Notes: generated from the sequence alone by a model not told the origin. A stretch of 62,013 nt of DNA, filler included, from Diploschistes diacapsis (GCA_023645945.1; 8 parts of 8 records of this genome joined end to end with filler, not necessarily neighbours in it), one strand, 5' to 3'; positions 10,350-24,609 are shown, counted from the first letter of the whole stretch. Made by a program: numbers and translations.

Positions 10350-13300
10350 ATGTACCATAGCTCGGCGGTTCAACGATCGCCGACGGAAGAGGAGGAGCGG
10401 ATGAGGAGAGAGAGGACCGGCTCGGCTTCACAGCGCCTTCCTCCATATTCGGCAAGGTCACCGACCATGGCACACTATAGTTATTCGCCAACAAACGGCC
10501 CCCCGCCGCCGGCAACTTACGGTACGGCATATGCCTCGCGACCCTCGAGCTCTGCGGCAATGAACGTTCCGTCCCCTCTGGGCCCAAGCCAAAGCCCACG
10601 GTTAGGTCCACCGCGGTCACCTACAAATGGACTGCCACAGCTGAGTCGCGCAGCATATACGCCAAGAGAACAGAGCAAGAACACATATTACGATCCGACC
10701 TCGGACCATCGTGAAACACCGTCCACCTGGAGTCAATCGCCCTATGCAAACCGGTCGCCGGTTCAGGTAAGCTATTGTCTTGGCATCGAAGCGTGTTTGC
10801 TATTGTTCAAACATGTACTAACATTATTCAGCGTGAGATATCGGCCTATTACGCTCCACATCCAGACCCTACTCAAGCTCGAGGCAACCATTACTCACCC
10901 AAGGCGAGCTATCATCCCAACCAGTCTCCCACATTCCCAAACCTGCATGCCCATCCGTCAATCGTTCACGAACCTTCAACGTACTCTATGAATGGGCTTG
11001 CCAAACCCTTGTCGCCACGCACGACGTCGAAGCAGTCCAGCATCTCCCATCTTGTCAACGGCAACGGGACTCCAGGGCGCACCAGCGACTCCGAGAATAG
11101 AGCACCTCGGCCCAAACCACAGGTGAAGGAGGAGCCCAGAAGTGCTCGTTCGGACCCGATGTCGTTCTCGAACATTCTTTCGACTACTACCGTTGAGGCG
11201 CCGAAGCCACCAGTCAAGTCAACTCCACCACCCAAACCCCCGCAGCCTGTCGAAAGCCTCAATGGCGATGCCAGCTCTGCCATTTTCTCTGCACCTCCAG
11301 CTGCCTCGACGAGAAAACTTGCAAGGAAATCCCCGGCGGTCAAGGCAAACTCCAGCGTTAAAGAGACTCTCAAGGAACCGCCCAAGCCTAAAGCTGCGAG
11401 ATCCTCAAATACCAAGAAATCTACCGCTGCCCTGGAAAAAGAAAATCAGAAAGTTCTACAAGTAATGGCAGAAATCGACTCTTTAGAACAAAGTGATCTG
11501 GATGCTCCAGCATGGGATCGAGCAAAGGTGCTGCACTACCAGACGATGAGCAAGCGAATGAGGGCACTGGATGATAACGAGAACGAGAAACGCAAAGTAG
11601 GTCATTCGATGGAAAAGTGTTCCTATCTTACTAACTCACTCCATAGCGCCGCCGAAGAAATATGCTTGCCAAGACTTCCGATACATTTTCAAAGTTTGCC
11701 AACCAGGGCAAGGATAGGTTTCGAGATCGCAACGAGAACGATATCATGTACGAGGTCCAGAAGCGGGAGGTCATGGACGAGAAGGAGCGCAAAAAAGACA
11801 TGCAGCGTAAAAGGCGTCGCGAAAAGACCGTAATGAACGAGACGCAGAAGCAAAGGGAGGCCATGGAAAAGGCTAGCCAAGCCGCCGATAATGCCGAGCG
11901 TGAGAAATTCTTGAAGGAGGCGCAAAAGGCAGAGAGGAAGGCGAAGAGCACGAAACGCATCCTCGACATTGGCGATATCCCGGAGGACCTTGGAGAGGTC
12001 TCGCCAATGGCCCACAATCTCGAGGGCGGGACCATGACCACGTTTCACTCGGTCAACGGTGCGTCGCCGGAGCCACCGGCCAAGAAGCAGAAGAAAGCAC
12101 CAACGAGTCGGCCCAAGAAATCCAAAGAGAAGAAGCAGGCCGAAAAGGATGCCGCAGAGGCTGCTTACGCTGCGATGGAAAGAGACGAGCTCGTTCCGCT
12201 TGCTCCCAAGGACAAAGAAGAGACGCCGGGAGAGACTCCCGTACCGGCGGAGAAGAAGGCCAAGTCGAAGAAAGCAGCAGCAGCAGCAGCAGCAGTTCCA
12301 AAGGACGGCTCACCTGTTCCACCTACGACGAACTATGCTTCGAAAGGCTACAGCCAGATGTACGAGCAGATCACGCGAGACATCGGAAAGGGTGTTCCGA
12401 AAGTCTTCAGGATGATGCTTAGCTCGGAAGAGACGAAGACGCAGAATCTCAAGAAGACTGCCACGCTGGCCTCGAAAGAGGCAAAGCGATATCAGATGAA
12501 GACAAACAAGAGCATGAAGGAGTTCCAGGCGAGAGCCAAGCGTATCTCAAAGGAAATGGGCACATTCTGGAAGCGTAACGAGAAGTTTGAGAAGGAGAAG
12601 CAACGAGAGGCCAAGAAGGAGGAAGCCGAGCAGCAAAGGAGACTCGAAGCCGAGCGGGAAGCAGCCCGGCAAAGGCGCAAGCTCGACTTTTTGATCTCCC
12701 AAACCGAAATTTTCTCCCATTTCATCAACAAGGATCTCAAGACAGCTCAGATCGAGAAGGCTGGCAGCGACGGTGTTGGTGGTGCAGCCGACGCCGCTGC
12801 CGGTGGGAAGGCCGGTGCTGGTGTTGATCTCTCGGCAGACGCCGCCGACGCTCCGGCCAACTTCGAAGACCTCGACTTCGATGACGAGGACGACACAGCA
12901 CGTCGCAATGCAGCCACGGCGAGTGCTCGCGCAGCTCTAAAGAAGCAGCAGGACAAGGCCAAGGAGTTCAATGGGTCCAGCGACATGCAGCAGCAGATGG
13001 ACGATTCCGAGCTCAACTTCCAGAATCCGTCCAGTCTCGTCTCCATCGATATTCCGCAGCCGAAGATGCTTACTTGTCAGTTGAAGGAGTATCAGCTCAA
13101 GGGTCTCAATTGGCTTTGCGATCTCTGGGATAAGAACATCAACGGTATCCTTGCCGACGAAATGGGTCTCGGTAAAACTGTTCAATCGATCTCCGTCATG
13201 TCCTACCTGGCGGAAACGCATAACATCTGGGGGCCTTTCCTCGTAGTCGCTCCAGCGTCGACGCTACACAACTGGGAACAGGAAATCACCAGGTTCGTTC

Positions 13301-15465
13301 CGGGTCTGAAGGTCTTGCCTTACTGGGGTACTGCAAAAGACAGGAAGGTCCTGCGGAAGTTCTGGGAGCGTAAGGACTGGGCCTACACCAAGGACTCGCA
13401 GTTCCATGTCATGGTCACTTCCTACCAGCTGGTGGTCCAGGACGCCCAATACTTCCAGAAGATGAAATGGCAGTATATGATTCTCGACGAGGCGCAGGCC
13501 ATCAAGTCTTCCCAAAGCTCCCGATGGAAGAGCCTGCTCAAGTTCCAGTCACGCAATCGTCTGCTTCTTACGGGTACGCCTATTCAGAACAATATGCAAG
13601 AACTCTGGGCCCTTTTGCATTTCATCATGCCTTCTCTCTTCGATTCGCATGATGAGTTCAGCGAGTGGTTCTCCAAGGACATCGAAAGCCATGCGCAAAG
13701 CAATACGAAGCTTGACGAAGCACAGCTCAAGCGCCTGCATCTAATCCTAAAGCCATTCATGTTACGGCGTGTCAAGAAGCACGTACAGAAGGAACTTGGC
13801 GACAAAGTGGAGATCGATTTGTTCTGCGACCTTGCTTATAGGCAGCGGGCTTACTACATGAACCTTCGGAACAAGGTCAGCCTCATGGAACTTATCGAGA
13901 AGGCAGGCATCGGCGACGATAGCGACGCTCAGACCCTGATGAATCTCGTCGTGCAGTTCCGGAAGGTCTGCAATCACCCCGATCTCTTCGAGCGTGCGGA
14001 AACGACATCGCCGCTCTCGTTCGGCTATTTTGCCGAGATGGCATCGTTCATAAGGGAAGGCCGCGAGATCGAGTATACCTACTCGGTTAGGAATTTGATC
14101 GACTATGACCTTCCACGCGTCCTGTGCCGCTCTGAAGGACGTCTGGATATAGCTGGTCCAGCAAACCAGAAAGCAGGGTTCAAGGAACACTATCTTGGGA
14201 ATATGATGAACATTTGGAGTCCTGAGTATGTGAAGCAGAGTAGCGAGAGTGGTGGCGCATTCTCGTGGCTCAAGCTCACGGACACGACGGCAAGCGAGGC
14301 ATGCGGCGCTGCGCGCGAGGATCTTTTTGCTCGTGCAGTCAAGCTTTCGAAGGAGACATCCCACCTTGGTCGTCTTACAGCTATCTACGAGGATACAGAA
14401 GATGCCGAGTTCACGCCCGCCCACTCGATGCTCAACATAGCCGAGAGGAATGATCGATGGCCTCTGGCAGAAGTTTCCCAGGACGGGTACATGAAGAACC
14501 TACTCAATGTGTCGCGAGACGTCTTCTCCGCAAGTGGCCTCGATGTCATTGAGCCAGCTACCACCCCTTCGGCATCGGCGCCTCCCATCCAGGTGTGCTG
14601 CTCCGATCAAGCTTCAGGGATCGAAAGACAGAACGTCTTGTTCAACGTGCCGATACGAAAAGCTCTGTACGGCTTGTCCTGGAAGGACGAGCAAGCCTTG
14701 CTCGACTCCAACATCGAACCTCGGTCCTTTCCCACCCACGACATGCTCAGCAAGCCGATCTCGCAGCGATCTCGATACACAAACATCGGGGTTCCGTCCA
14801 TGCGCCGCTTCGTTACTGACTGCGGTAAGCTTGCCAAGCTAGACCAACTGCTGCGTGAGCTCAGGGAAGGCAACCATCGTGTCCTCCTCTACTTCCAGAT
14901 GACCAAGATGATCGATCTGATGGAAGAGTATCTGACCTACCGCAAATACAAGTACTGTCGTCTGGATGGGTCAACCTCGATCGAGAATCGCAGAGACACC
15001 GTTCAAGACTTTCAGACGAACCCAGACATTTTCGTCTTCCTGCTCTCTACCCGTGCCGGCGGTCTCGGCATCAACCTCACCTCGGCCGATACCGTCATCT
15101 TCTACGACTCGGACTGGAACCCCACCATTGACTCGCAGGCCATGGACCGCGCCCACCGTCTCGGACAAACGAGGCAAGTCACCGTCTACCGGCTCATTAC
15201 GCGCTCGACGATCGAAGAGCGGATCCGCAAACGCGCCCTGCAAAAGGAGGAGGTGCAGCGCGTCGTCATCACGGGCGAGTCCAAGGGCGGCGTCGACTTC
15301 AACACGCGCAGCAAGGACAACAAAACCAAGGACATGGTCATGTGGCTCGCGGATGACGACGAAGAGGCCGAGCTCATCGAGAAGAAGGAGCAGGAGCTGG
15401 CAGCCGCACACCAGGCCCTGGAAGAGGCTGACAAAAAGCTGCAGGTGTGTGCTGCTCCTACAAAT
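10350..15465 (+). CDS. INO80: INO80 chromatin-remodelling ATPase (3' end cut by contig end)
   Basis: DBINO-like region (FWKRNEK...[18 protein letters not shown]), [19 protein letters not shown], split SNF2 ATPase, [11 protein letters not shown]. Introns near 10767-10831 and 11597-11647. Confidence 0.96.
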
Positions 15466-15565
15466 NNNNNNNNNNNNNNNNNNNNNNNNNNNNNNNNNNN
15501 NNNNNNNNNTTAATTAATTAANNNNNNNNNNNNNNNNNNNNNNNNNNNNNNNNNNNNNNNNNNNN
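15466..15565. other. Artificial contig spacer
   Basis: N44-TTAATTAATTAA-N44. Confidence 0.99.
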
Positions 15566-16289
15566 GGAGGAGGGAGAGGAGGCGTAGGCCTAGGGGGTAG
15601 CCTTGTTCGTTTAGTCTGGGGGCGGTGTTAGTAGAGGTGGCGAGGGGACGGGAAAGGGAGAGGGGTTTCGGTAGGGTGGGCATCAGGCTGTTATTGGGGC
15701 AGGACGTAGAAGGTGTTGTAGCAGGGGAATGTCGCAGCGAACGAGGTAGAACGAAGCTGATCCCCCACAGAGCAAGCCTTCGATCGAAAGCTCAACCAAA
15801 GAGCAAGACCTCAGGCTAAAGCTCCTCGCTCGTCTCCCAAGGACATTTCTCAGTCCAGCTCATACTCGAACCCCAACCACATCAACAAACCCCCTAACCC
15901 CCGTCCCCGTCTGTAAATGGACCAAAAATTACCCACCGCCTCTCCAGATCCTGAATTCCCGTAACCTTCCGCTGCGCATATACCACCATCTCGGCGAAGA
16001 GATAGCTGAAGCTCGCCCGGCTCAGCTCCGCCGCCCGTGTCCTGTTCAGGTTCCTGTCGTAGATCGTTTTTCTGTTGCTCGGCACCCTCAGTCCCGGGCT
16101 CGGGCTCGGGCGGAGATGCTGGAGGGAGGCTATCGATGATGTGGGGGCGGCGGCGGTGTGTTGGGATGTGGAGGAGGATGAGGGGGGAGCTTTTGTTGTG
16201 GCGGTCGAGAAAGTGGAGGAGGACATCGTGCTTGCGGATAGGTTTGCGTTGGTGGAGGAAGTCGAGGAGAAGGGGCGGGATGAGGACAT
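15566..16289 (-). CDS. TRS31: TRAPP complex subunit Trs31 (5' part only)
   Basis: RKTIYDRNLNRTRAAELSRASFSYLFAEMVVYAQRKVTGIQDLERR, intron 15616-15936, then LNEQGYPLGLRLL up to the contig edge. Confidence 0.9.
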
Positions 16290-16608
16290 GTGGTCGAGGT
16301 CAAGGTTCGACTGAAGGGTCAAGGAGATGGGACAGTTTGGGCTATATTGAGGGATTTCCCATTTCTGACTTGAGAGCGAAAATTATGAAAAGAGTTGAAG
16401 TTAGGGCTGGTCCTGAAGGTTCAATTGTATATCTAAGAAGAAGCCCCGATGCTGTAGTGGGATGCGGGAGCTCCATGTGGGGGGGGTTTTCTTTTCGTGG
16501 TTTACTTGCAAGAGCTATCCAAGGTCTATGCTTGTTCACTATTATGCTTTCAATCCCTCTATTATCGATTTGATATAAATTGGCTCCATACTTTACTCCA
16601 GCATGTGT

Positions 16609-18400
16609 TTATAACGTCTTATCCTCAGGCGCTTCTTCTGACCACCTCTGCATCGCTTTTTGTTTCTGCCGCGAGTTCCATTGCAGCGTCCTTGATATGC
16701 TGTTTACCCAATCTTCGCTCCTCCTTCCTTCTGGCATTACATTTGCGAACGGGAATCTAGAGGCTGATATTGTGACGTAGTCGCCTGGTTGAAGCTCGAC
16801 CCTAGCATAGTCAGTGTCGTGATGGTAAGCGATGGTTCAAGAACATACCTTTCTCGTCCATCAAAGCTCGCCCATGACGAGGTCCTAGCATCATATGGCA
16901 CGCCTATCCGGAGTACTATCGTGTCTGGGAGGATTATGGGTCTAAACGATAGAGTATGCGCGCAAATGGCAGTGACAAGAATAACGGGATTGTCGGGATG
17001 GCACAATGATCCGCCTGCAGATAAATTGTAGGCTGTTGACCCTGTGGGCGTCGCGACGCAGATGCCATCCGCTTGAACATTTGTGAAGTATTCATCATCA
17101 CCACAGACTTCGATGGCGGACATTGCTATGATAGTCAGCCCAAGTTCTACGCGGTCGATGCGCTTTGCAAACTTGGATTTGGTCCCCTATCCACCACAAC
17201 ATCGTTTAGTATCTCGTAGGTTCCATCGGGTTTGTGCGTGTTCTTATTCTCTCTGTCCTTGCCGACCAGCTCTTCGACGATGTCCTTGTTTGGGTTCCGG
17301 CCTTTTGTCTGTGTGCGCATGACGGTGCACTCGAAGCGCAACCTTAGGCTCACAACAACTCCCTGGTGAAAGCAATGATCGAGGATGGATTGGTAGTTCG
17401 CGAAATCGAACTTGGTCAAGAACCCAAGAGATCCTAGGGCGAAGGACAGAACAGGAGGCACAATGCGTTGGAACAGCCAACTCGCATACAATACGGTGCC
17501 GTCACCCCCAAGCTGGGTTCAGTCAGTAAGCGTCTATCATTTTGGGTCATCGGAACATACCGAGATCACGAAGTCAAACGTCTGTGGATGTTTGCGGCAG
17601 AGCTCGTTGTTCCAGTAGTTGAGGCGCGCTTCATAAGAAGGCTCTTTCGCGATCAAGCTGTTGGCATCGAATATCTTGTCTGACTTTAATTTATCCTCAA
17701 CGTACCTGCACCGGTGTGAGCCCCCGTTTCAGACTTTGGTGTTCGAATTACAAACACAACGTAAGGGACATCCCGCTCTTTATCCAAAAGCCACTCTGTG
17801 AGGACCCTCGAACTCCTCAATACTTCTTGATCGTGTATCTTCGTAAGAATGAAGACCGTCTTCACGTCGACCTTCAATTTGACACTGCCTAATCTTTTCG
17901 ATAGCTCTCGTACTCCAAGCGTCATCTCCGCCAACTGCTTTTTTGTCATGAGCCTGGAATACAGACTATCATGGCTGTCCGTCGCGCCATTTGGTTGATT
18001 GTCCGATGGCTTGTCCACTGAGATTGCCTTCAGCGTAGCAGCCCGTTTGCGTGCTCGCCGTTGACATTCCAGGAGCTGGTGGACTTTGCAGTCAATGCGG
18101 TCATTTCGGGCGCTCTGTTCCAGCTGAGGTAGTTCAGTTTCGGTGCCGATGAGCGAGGACTTTCGGCGACATTGGTTCTCTGTACTGAAAAAGACCTACT
18201 TAGGCCCCTCAGTGAGTTTTGAGGTTGAACATTGAGGCTTCGTACCTCCAATGCATGCTGGTATTCGGACTCGCTGTTTGTCGACTCGTCCTGAAGTGGT
18301 TAGCATGGAGGGATGCGGCCCTGCATGGCATCCTCACGTCCTCGAGGGAGTCTTTAAGCCCAATGCTGCGCACTGGAGCCGTATCCATCTGCTCGGCCAT
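16609..18400 (-). CDS. ATP-NAD(H) kinase (Utr1/Yef1 type), multi-exon; start uncertain
   Basis: LGGDGTVLYASWLFQ, PPVLSFALGSLGFLT, ILNDVVVDRGP, ADGICVATPTGSTAYNLSAGGS, last exon ...LQWNSRQKQKA. Confidence 0.92.
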
Positions 18401-21001
18401 GGGCAAAACCAGGCTTGGACGGGATTTCCTCTCCAAAAAATGGTGGCACACCGTTCTCCCACAGGAACTGCTAATCCGAGGCTGCTCGTGTCTGAGGGCT
18501 AGACCATCCGCTCTACCTTGGCTCTAAATTAAACATGTCGTATTCCCTCTTTACTTTGGTAGGTACGTCTTTGCTGTGTGCTGCTACGGTGAGGTTGATG
18601 TTGGCGGTCTCAGAGCTCCAGTAGCCAATAGGAGATGCAATTTCGCAAATGACGCTTCGATCCTTGCGATACGATTACTAAGTCCTTTCTTATCGATAAG
18701 GGAAGATCTAATCGGCTTTTGGGCCTTTGAGCCTCCCTCCCCTCAGCGCGCGGGGGCATTAGCAGGCACAAACGCTCCCCCAAATCTCGTTTCATTCTTG
18801 TATCCTGCCTCCCAAAGAGGGCGCAAAGTACGAACTAAAATAAAAGGTCAAAGAGAGGTAGAAGATGTTGACGAAGTGGAGGGTCTTGGATATGGCGATG
18901 GAGCGGCTCTGCTACCCTTGACTCAAAGAACCCTAAGGCATCTAGAGAGATAAGAAAAACTTCGTTTGAAATGTATGACCGAGCACTTGTTTATGCCTTG
19001 AAATGTAAGATAAGCAACATCTGCATTCCGAGTCACCTACAAATGTACAATTACTTTACAATTCTAATTCTCAAGACCCGAAGGAGAAGGGAAAGGGAAG
19101 CGAAGCCTCTTCAAGCTGAAAGCAGCCATTCACCATTGCGCTACATGAAGATGCACGAACAGCAAGACATAACACCAGTATGTGATACTTTCTGCCGTGG
19201 GCCGTGCGAGCTCTAATCAAAGTGTTTCCTAACGAATTTCATGCCAGACCCTTACCATCAAGTCCCTTTCCCTCGGATCGACGACGTGTCCACCTCGCTG
19301 CTTAAGGACTGAAGAGAGGATCAAAATTTGAAACTGAGTGAAACGGATAGGCAGGCTCTTGGGGAGGTTGGGGAAAACCCGTCGCACGCGGTCAATAATC
19401 CATATACGCAAGCATAATAGCAGATTCAAAAGCATCGCCACGCACACACGGTTGAATCGATAGGTCCAATGGGTACATTCATACTATCGTATATTCGAAA
19501 TTGAGCACCAAGAGGGTAGGATGTGGATCGAACGGTGTGAATCTTTAGTATGAAGAGTTTGTGTTGGTTTCGACATCTTGCGTTTCCGAACGAGCTTGGT
19601 TCGAGGGCGCAGGTTGACGTCTACAGAGTCGTCACCAGTAATAGCGTAAGTTTCTCCTTTTCTAGTCATGTCCGGAAGTCTGCACACCATGTTGATCATC
19701 AACTCACCGTATTCGCGTACCACAAAGAGTTGAAAGCAGTCCCGCCCTGCATACATCCTGCTCGACCCACTTTGGATAGCTGTAGGAGCCAGGCTTTTGA
19801 CGCGTCGCTGAGGTGGCTGCTGATCGACACCTCAACCTTTCATAGCTTCGACCGGGGCTTACGTACGGGGGCTCTCGCAACTTCGAATCGTATAGAGTCT
19901 CCCGTTACGACCACCGCCACCTTGGCTTCGCAAGAAGAACCGTGGCGCAGCGAACATGCAGTAGGAGATCGACAGAACATGTTTGAGAGAAAAGATGCTC
20001 ACTTGCAAGCACTGCGTATATTACAGAGAGGTTGTGAAGAAATGTCGAACAAAATCACTGGAGCGGAGTAGAGTAAGCGAGACAACCCACCTAGAAATGG
20101 AGAAGGAAAACCTTTTGGTAGCAAAGCTGGCAACTACTGCCTTTGCGCAGGATGCTTGGCTAGCCGACCAAGCGCATTTCCTTGGTAAAGTCAATGTCCT
20201 ATCGATCCTCCTCAAGGAGCATGCAGCATCTGTGCTTGAGAGAAAATTCGGGCGAGACGCCTTGAACCTGCAATAGAGTTGGGGTGGATCTGGGCCGGCG
20301 GGTACATTAATTGAGTATGAATTTCTTTATTATTATTGCTGACCGGAAGTTCTTCCTCGGTTCACCTAGTCAGTAATGGACATGGTTAAGATTTGTGGGG
20401 GGGGAGAAACAACAAGCCTTCATCGGCTCAATGAGCATCAGCCCCCAGATACAAGCAAAGCCGTGACCGAGCTCAACAGCATTGTGTCCTTGGTGATTGG
20501 ATGGGCTGCGAGAGCAAACGGTCAGCACAGAAAGCGGCCCCCGAGTCTCCCATCGGATACAAGTACTGTAGAGAGAAATAGCGGTGATGATGGGATGCTG
20601 GGACGATGATTATGCGACAGATCCTCGAACCACCATGATGATACATTTACGTTGTTGTTGTTGGACGGGGAGCCTCCCTGAACCAAGGGTATAAGGATCA
20701 CGGGGGTGGCAACGAGATGGTTGGGTTAGGTGAGGTAGCAGCAAAGTTCGCGTTCAGAATCAGAATACAACAGGATTTTCAGCTTTCGGGCATCCCCATT
20801 CCCACTCCCATCTTACTTACATACATACATCTTAATTAACTCAACGTCCCCCCCTAGGTACTACTACTACAGACCTGCCTAGTCATGTGGGCCAAAAGAA
20901 ATTGGCCACTGGTTATAGATTTTGCGCTTAGGGCGACGATGCTGGTATTGCCTCCGGAATGGCTCGGTATGGCCAAAATTTATATTTTACCCAAAAGTGT
21001 A

Positions 21002-21598
21002 CTAGCTTTGCCTCTTTCCCTGTCCATAACCGTTTAGCACAAGCCTGCCGTATTCCTGGTTCATCGTGACGAAGGATTTTGATAAGATTGTGGGCCTAAC
21101 CGGCTGGGTCAGTGTCCGAGTACGTCGGACTAGGTATAACCAATGAAACACAAAAAAAAGTATACTACGGTGGGACAAGCCAAGCCAAGCCCAGATCTGG
21201 CTTGTTGGTTGTGGATCAAAGCCACTTTTATCATTAATACCCATTACAAGAGGGCTAGTGCGGAGTTTGTCGAGATGCGGTGAAGGTAATTGTGAAGGAG
21301 TTCCATAGTACAAGGATCCCTCTGAAGCTGCAAGTGTAACTAGCTTGAAGTACAGCCTTACAAAGGGAGCGGGAGCTGACGATTGTGGTGCAACCGCGAA
21401 TTGATACATCGTTATATTGCTGGATGGCGATTGAGAACGCAAGCGTCGAAGTTCGGAAACCACGCCTCCTGTAAAAAACAACGCAACTTGACTAAAGTAA
21501 TCGCCGTCGATAGTAGCATGGCTCGGTGATGCCGCTGACAGTAAAGTTGGCCGATAGCTTTTCACCAAGAATGCTTCGTGGCAGTTTTGAAGTGTCAT
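21002..21598 (-). pseudogene. Unidentified, probably degenerate coding sequence
   Basis: 198-aa ORF. Upstream minus-strand sequence to ~22270 reads protein-like but contains stops. No family recognised. Confidence 0.2.
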
Positions 21599-23240
21599 GG
21601 GCGATCAATGCTGTTTGACCCTTACAGTTAGTTCTCTTGCTTTGATTTGGTTAGTGCCTGTCAAAAGTTCCGATAAACGTGGCTGCATGAGGAGTGCTGC
21701 AGAAAGTCCAGTTGATAATAAAGGCGACGCTTCGGGCACTTCATCCTGTGTCAGGACGCCAGGACGCCAATAACTCATGGACTTAATTTCGCCTTGTTCC
21801 CGAAGATTTTGTCGGCGACTACTTTTGTAAATGGGCAGAATCGTGCCTGCACCCCATAGCTAAAGGCACAGGGAAGGCGGAAAGTGGCAGAGTTCAAACA
21901 GGTGTCGGGGATGCATCCTTGAGCGGGCCATCACAATTTCCGTTTTGCAGCAGGGCCGAGCCCCCGTCATCTGCCTTGTCTTCCGGCATCTGGAAGAGAG
22001 CGCTAAAGCAAGGTTGCACGCCCCTTGGGAGGCGAATTGGTGATTAGTAGCCAGTATGATACTAGCGATCCTGTACCTTTCAAATAATAAAGGCCTACCT
22101 CATTGTGCGTTGAAAATCGCTTCCATCATCCCAACCACTTTGCCTAGTGCACCATGTGAACGCTGCTTTCTCGTGTCGATCAATGCAATAACTTCCTATA
22201 GTGCGGAATTGGAAAGCGCCTTTGGAATACCAAAACGAGCCAAGAGAATAAGTAAGAGGGCTTTAATAATGGCTTGAGGTATGTATATCATCAATATACA
22301 TTATTGTAGTACATATAGTGACTCGGATCGTACACGGTAGATGCATGACCTGGTAAATATATTAGTACAATATTCCGAGAGTTTGTGAATCAACAGCTTG
22401 TGGCGTTTAATTGAATCCGCAACGCCACTGTTGATTTGTGCCAGAAGCCGAGTCATCGGGTTCAAAATTCGAACTCAGTAGGCTTTTGAAGGTGTCCTAG
22501 TGCCATTTGCATCAATGAAAATTACGCCCTATAACCGAAGAGCTGTTTGTGGGAAGGCTGGCCAGCGCTCATGAAAAACGCTGGATTGCTCCGGAGAAAT
22601 CACATCACTGCGTGAGATGGTATGTGATGCGCAGGCAGATGCGCCCGGCGTATGTAGTTCCGTCCGTTCGTTGTGTGCTCGTTACCGGGGCCCCAATCAG
22701 ACATTGGATATGGCAGGGACTTGAGCAAAACTTCTCATCGCATGGCGCCGTCATCTCCTAAAATGGTTGCAGGTTATTCATCACATGTTCCATAACTTTC
22801 GAAAGCCTAGCTGCAACGGCAACGCTGTTAGTAAGGGTATGGAACGACCCAACGAGACGGCGCATGCGTTGTGTAGTAGTAGCCAAGGAGGAAATACCAC
22901 CTCTGGTATAGGAAAAGGAGTCCCGCTAGGGATGCTATTTGTCGCCCGTTATTGACAATGATATGTATAACAAGGCCAGCGATATACTTTGAGCGGCTAG
23001 TAATCGATGCCATCCCTCGCAAAATTAAGGTTCAAAACCCACTAGCCGCTACCTTTTGCTATGCTCCGTTCTCGAAGCAATTTGGTGATCCCGAAATGGA
23101 ATGCGGTATTGGAGGCTAGGTGATCTTGTGGGGTTTTGGGTCGTTCAAATTAGCTCCTGGCACAGGGGTGCTGGAATCCGAAGACGGGGTTGTGACATAT
23201 GAGTATGCAGTAGTATAGTATTTCCGCAACCAGTCAAACG

Positions 23241-23340
23241 NNNNNNNNNNNNNNNNNNNNNNNNNNNNNNNNNNNNNNNNNNNNTTAATTAATTAANNNN
23301 NNNNNNNNNNNNNNNNNNNNNNNNNNNNNNNNNNNNNNNN
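23241..23340. other. Artificial contig spacer
   Basis: N44-TTAATTAATTAA-N44. Confidence 0.99.
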
Positions 23341-23414
23341 CATTTATGTGGCTTAAAGGACGAGGAAGGAGGGGGGAATGATCAGGAGGAAAGGCAAAAG
23401 AGAGGGAGGCGTAC

Positions 23415-24102
23415 CTGTAGCCGTAGTAGGCGCAGTTGTGCTTCCTTAGGAGCGGCACCAGCCTCTCCTCTTGGTACCTCACTAGCGGATCGTAGTGGCC
23501 TTGGTACACTGTGGGCTTGACATAGCCGTGTTTATCGCAGACGTCGAAGTACTCCTGCACCTGCTCTACGCTGTAATTGCAGATACCCAACTGCAAAATG
23601 CGTCATGGCAGTCAGCCCAAGTCTTCTCCCCAGCCTTAGCTCAACAAGGACTGAAGAAAGAGAGGACAAAAAACACCGCCTACCCTCTCAAACCCCCCTT
23701 TCTTCCAGGCTCCATCAAACGCCCTCGCAGTCTCCTCGACCGGCGTTTCCGGATCCGGCAAATGCGCATACAGCGTCCTAATTTTCCGCGACCCTAATGA
23801 TTCCAAGGTCCTGGCCAGACCTTCGACATCGTCTCCTCATTCAGCGTCCGACCCTTAGAAATATCAACCTTGGAGTCGATAAGAAAGCCCTTCTCCACGG
23901 CCTTGGCTTGGCCGAGCAGGATCTCGGTGTTGCCGGGGTTACCCGGAGGGTAGACGGCGGCGGAGTCCAGCTCCATGAGGTTTAGGGAAGAGAGGGTGGA
24001 GAGGAAAGAAGAGACACTTTCGGGCGTGTCCCAGGCGTAGGTGAAGGAGCTGGCGGTCGTGCCAATGCTGCCGGCGCCGAAGACGATGTGAGGGGGTGCC
24101 AT
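23415..24102 (-). CDS. Aldo-keto reductase, aflatoxin B1-aldehyde reductase (AKR7)-like; 3' end cut
   Basis: IVFGAG, ELDSAAVYP, LIDSKV, YAHLPDPETP, LGICNY, VKPTVYQGHY, E.RLVPLLRKH motifs across 3 exons. Confidence 0.88.
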
Positions 24103-24609
24103 TGCAGGGTAGAGGGGGTAGAGAGGTTTGACGTAGAGGGCCTAATAGGAAGGTCTGATGATAGTGCAGTGGTTGGAAAGAGAATTGCTGTTATGTAAAG
24201 AAATCCAAGAGCAAAGCTTGTTGTGTCTTGTTTGAGCACCCGGCCTCAGCGATTTACATATCAGATAGAACTGCTGCATTTGTAATCAGGATGCTTACCA
24301 AGCCAGCGAGCTTACTTGTATGTATATATATAGTCCGGGTCCCAAGTATGATGCATACGTACTAGTTAGTATCTGATGCTTACAGTGCCGGCTCCTCCAC
24401 GTTAGATACTTACCCAAGACAGTGACGAAAGGGGATCCAGAAAGCTGTGACAAACAACCGCCCAGCTCCTACTCGGCTCCAGGTAAGGCCTCCAACAGAG
24501 TTGCCCCTCCCGGCTCCATGCCTCTTTTGCTCCCTTCAACAGAAGTGTGGGATTGCAACATACTTCGTGGCCAGCAGTCTAGATTGAGAGCACGACAACC
24601 AACACCACA

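Noticed and set aside
15676..15697. 18S rRNA-like words in the TRS31 intron as a C/D snoRNA guide
   Set aside because: Similarity is short and in sense orientation on the transcribed strand; no good box C or terminal stem.
19229..20276. Possible gene (ORFs 19550-20071, 19983-20276)
   Set aside because: No recognisable family and no consistent exon chain on either strand.
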